This document shows positions 61,747 through 64,000 of a DNA stretch of 64,000 nucleotides, in pieces. The DNA is from Candidatus Deferrimicrobiaceae bacterium (GTDB lineage Bacteria; Desulfobacterota; Deferrimicrobia; Deferrimicrobiales; Deferrimicrobiaceae): the NCBI GenBank assembly GCA_963792415.1, contig CAWBVY010000006.1, positions 384,001-448,000 on the forward strand. The letters are read 5' to 3'. The notes beneath the pieces were generated by a model. That model was given only the letters and a program-made list of their open reading frames with translations, was not told the DNA's origin and made no database searches. A program made the position numbers and the translations under genes. Within the stretch, counting starts at the first letter, position 1. Each line of letters opens with the position of its first letter.

Positions 61747-62586
61747 ATGATCCCGCACCCTGCTCCGCTGCGCGTCGGACGCATCCCGTACGCCAACCTC
61801 GTCCCGATCTTCCACGGGCTTGCGACCGGGGACGTGCCGGGCGGGGTCTCGTTCGTCGACGGGCACCCCTCCGATTTGAACCGGAAGCTGCGCGAGGGGG
61901 ATCTGGACCTTGCACCCTCCTCATCCATCGAGTACGCCGTGCACCCGGACCGGTATCTCCTGTGCCCCGACATTTCCATCTCCTCGAAGCGTCGTGTCAT
62001 GAGCGTCCTGCTGCTGTCGAACGGCCCGCTCCGGCGGCTCCCTCCCGATCCGATCGCCGTCACCGGGAGCTCGGACACATCGATCACGCTGCTCGAGATC
62101 CTCCTCCGCGAGTCGCTGGGGCGCACGAACCTGCTCGTGCGGACGGAGCTTCCCGCGAGGGAGGCCCTGCGCCGCTACCCGGCACATCTCGTGATCGGGG
62201 ACGAGGCGATCCGGGCCGCCGTCGACGGCGTGGCGGCGCACGTCACCGATCTCGGCGATTGGTGGCGGCGGGAGACGGGGAAACCGTTCGTCTTCGCCCT
62301 CTGGATCGCCGCCCGGAGCGCGTGGGTCGATCGCAGGGAGCCCCTTTCCCGGTTCTCCGCCGCCCTTCTCGACGCGAAACGAACCGCGCAGGCGGCGATC
62401 CGCCGGCGGGTATACCCGTGGGGGGGCCCCGACTGGATCCCCCCCTCCTTCCGGGACGCCTACTGGCGGTGCCTCTCGTACGACCTCGGGGTGGAGGCGG
62501 AGGGGCTATCCCTGTTCTACGAGCTGGCGGCGAAAATCGGCCGGATTCCGGCAGCGCCTCCTCTCCGCTTCCTCGAAATCGGATAG
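61747..62586 (+). CDS. mqnA: chorismate dehydratase (futalosine menaquinone pathway)
   Basis: VGRIPYAN..PI, PSDLN, SSIEY, VMSVLL, SDTS, LVIGDEA, DLG.WW...TG.PFVFALW. Confidence 0.9.
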   Translation: MIPHPAPLRVGRIPYANLVPIFHGLATGDVPGGVSFVDGHPSDLNRKLREGDLDLAPSSSIEYAVHPDRYLLCPDISISSKRRVMSVLLLSNGPLRRLPPDPIAVTGSSDTSITLLEILLRESLGRTNLLVRTELPAREALRRYPAHLVIGDEAIRAAVDGVAAHVTDLGDWWRRETGKPFVFALWIAARSAWVDRREPLSRFSAALLDAKRTAQAAIRRRVYPWGGPDWIPPSFRDAYWRCLSYDLGVEAEGLSLFYELAAKIGRIPAAPPLRFLEIG

Positions 62587-62631
62587 AAGATCCCCGTGGT
62601 AAAATAAGACATTCCGCCGGGAGGAGACACG

Positions 62632-62859
62632 ATGATCGACAAGGAGATGAAGATCGAGGACGTGCTCCGTCGATATCCGCAGGCGATTCCGGTCTTCGAG
62701 CGATTCGGGCTCGATTGCACCCAGTGCCAGCTCTCCGAATACGAAAACCTGGAGCACGGCGCCAAGGTCCACGGGATCGACCTTCCGTCACTGCTGAGGG
62801 AGTTGAACGAGTCGCTGACGGTGCAGGGTAGAGGGTCCGCTCAGTCGCGCAGGGAGTAG
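62632..62859 (+). CDS. DUF1858 / hybrid-cluster-associated redox disulfide domain protein
   Basis: IDKEMKIEDVL..YP, FGLDCTQC, ENLEHGAKVHGID; GGAGGAG SD; TGgTAAAAT upstream. Confidence 0.85.
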   Translation: MIDKEMKIEDVLRRYPQAIPVFERFGLDCTQCQLSEYENLEHGAKVHGIDLPSLLRELNESLTVQGRGSAQSRRE

Positions 62860-63224
62860 TCGGCCCGGGCATCGTCGGATTCCCACACGGTGACGCGGGA
62901 CACGCGCGCCGGCGCCGGGACCGATTTCTCCATTTCCTCGTACAAGTGGCGGGCGAGATTCTCCGACGACGGGTTCATACCGTCGAACGGAGCGACTTCA
63001 TTCAGGTACCGGTGGTCGAACCGGGAGAGCAGGTCGTGAAGCGTCGTCTTCAGGGTCCGGAAGTCGAGGGCGATCCCGCGTTCGTCGAGCGTCGGGGACT
63101 CCACCGTGACCTCCACCTGCCAGTTGTGGCCATGCAGCCGCTCGCAGTTCCCGTCGTACTCGCGCAGGTGATGGGCCGCCGCGAAGGACGTTCGAACGGT
63201 GAGGGCATACAAACCGGTACTCAT
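62841..63224 (-). CDS. queD: 6-carboxy-5,6,7,8-tetrahydropterin synthase
   Basis: FAAAHHL, CERLHGHN, DF, DHRYLN, PSSENLA, VWES. Confidence 0.95.
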   Translation of the reverse strand: MSTGLYALTVRTSFAAAHHLREYDGNCERLHGHNWQVEVTVESPTLDERGIALDFRTLKTTLHDLLSRFDHRYLNEVAPFDGMNPSSENLARHLYEEMEKSVPAPARVSRVTVWESDDARADYSLRD

Positions 63225-63850
63225 CGATCCTCCATGGGCGAAAGGATGATCCTCGATTTCGATGCGGCGCGGGTTTGCCAGTTTCGGATCTCCTGCGCGA
63301 TCCGGGCGTCGAGCATCTCCTGCCGGACTTCCTTCCAGTTCGGGCTCGCGTCGTTCCCGGGGGAGGAAGACTTGCGCGCAACCTCCTTCCGCACGTCTTC
63401 CCTCTTCACATCGACGAATACGGCGACACGGCGGTTGAAGAAATCCCGGAGGAGCAGTTGCCGGCGGATCCATTCCCGGGTTTCCCCCGTGGAGATCTCC
63501 CGCTTGCAGGGGGACGGGCACGCGGTCATCCGGGACTCCGCCTCCCGCGCGGCTCCCTCCAGCGCCACGTTGTCCACCGCCCCGAGAAGAAGCTTCCGCT
63601 GCTCCTGAAGCGCCAGCGTGTCGAGGATCAGGCGATCCCGCGCCTCGTGGAGGGAAAGAATCTCCGCCCCGGTCCCGGGCATCGCGGCGCACCCGAGGAA
63701 GCACGCCTCCCGCACGACCTCGGAGACGAAGAGCACCTCGCCGTTCACCGATGCGGCGGTCGACTCGTAGACCCGGTATCCCTCGGCCGCGCGCCCCTCC
63801 CCGGGGGAAAGGAACAGGAGGACCAGGAGAATCGGAACGGCGGGATTCAT
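63221..63850 (-). CDS. exported protein, SurA N-terminal-like
   Basis: signal peptide, AASVNGEVLFVSEV, DRLILDTLALQE; no PPIase motif; ATGA overlaps at both ends. Confidence 0.6.
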   Translation of the reverse strand: MNPAVPILLVLLFLSPGEGRAAEGYRVYESTAASVNGEVLFVSEVVREACFLGCAAMPGTGAEILSLHEARDRLILDTLALQEQRKLLLGAVDNVALEGAAREAESRMTACPSPCKREISTGETREWIRRQLLLRDFFNRRVAVFVDVKREDVRKEVARKSSSPGNDASPNWKEVRQEMLDARIAQEIRNWQTRAASKSRIILSPMEDR

Positions 63851-64000
63851 GGCGACAGTTCGAAGGAGATGTCGAAGGCGGGGGCCGAGTGGGTGATCGC
63901 GCCCACGGCGACGGCGGCCACCCCCGTCCGGGCGTACTCCTCGATGTTCCCGAGGTGGATCCCCCCGGACGCCTCGAGGAAGACGATCCCCCCGAAGCGG
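63847..64000 (-). CDS. nadC: quinolinate phosphoribosyltransferase, C-terminus only
   Basis: reverse strand reads LEASGGIHLGNIEEYARTGVAAVAVGAITHSAPAFDISF. Confidence 0.93.
   Translation of the reverse strand, partial: RFGGIVFLEASGGIHLGNIEEYARTGVAAVAVGAITHSAPAFDISFELSP

Overview
High-GC, gene-dense core-genome window, almost entirely on the minus strand. Gene content and order (rimP-nusA-ylxR-infB-DUF503-rbfA-nrnA-truB-rpsO-pnp-M16-dut; purB-purS-purQ-purL-purF-pyrE; spoIID-queA-tgt-yajC-secD-secF-recJ; coaBC-udg; slt-pgsA-tRNA-Gly beside nadB; mqnA) look deltaproteobacterial (Desulfobacterota-like, possibly the Ca. Deferrimicrobium/MBNT15 group; inference only). I annotate about 65 CDSs and 3 tRNAs. 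I see no integrase, transposase, phage gene, CRISPR array or defence system, and I cannot support a large novel multi-gene system. The most unusual signals are small and mostly non-coding. (1) A modular inverted-doublet palindrome abuts the CCA ends of tRNA-Cys and tRNA-Leu. (2) Two ~130-bp bulged-hairpin elements 44 kb apart share sequence words. (3) The tRNA layout suggests a ~6.5-kb inversion splitting pgsA-Gly-Cys-Leu. (4) A trypsin-fold protein lacks its catalytic His and Asp. (5) There are three candidate leaderless genes, a probable CTG start for queA and a probable 5' frameshift in an MFS gene. Coordinates and motifs were read by eye; no searches were run.
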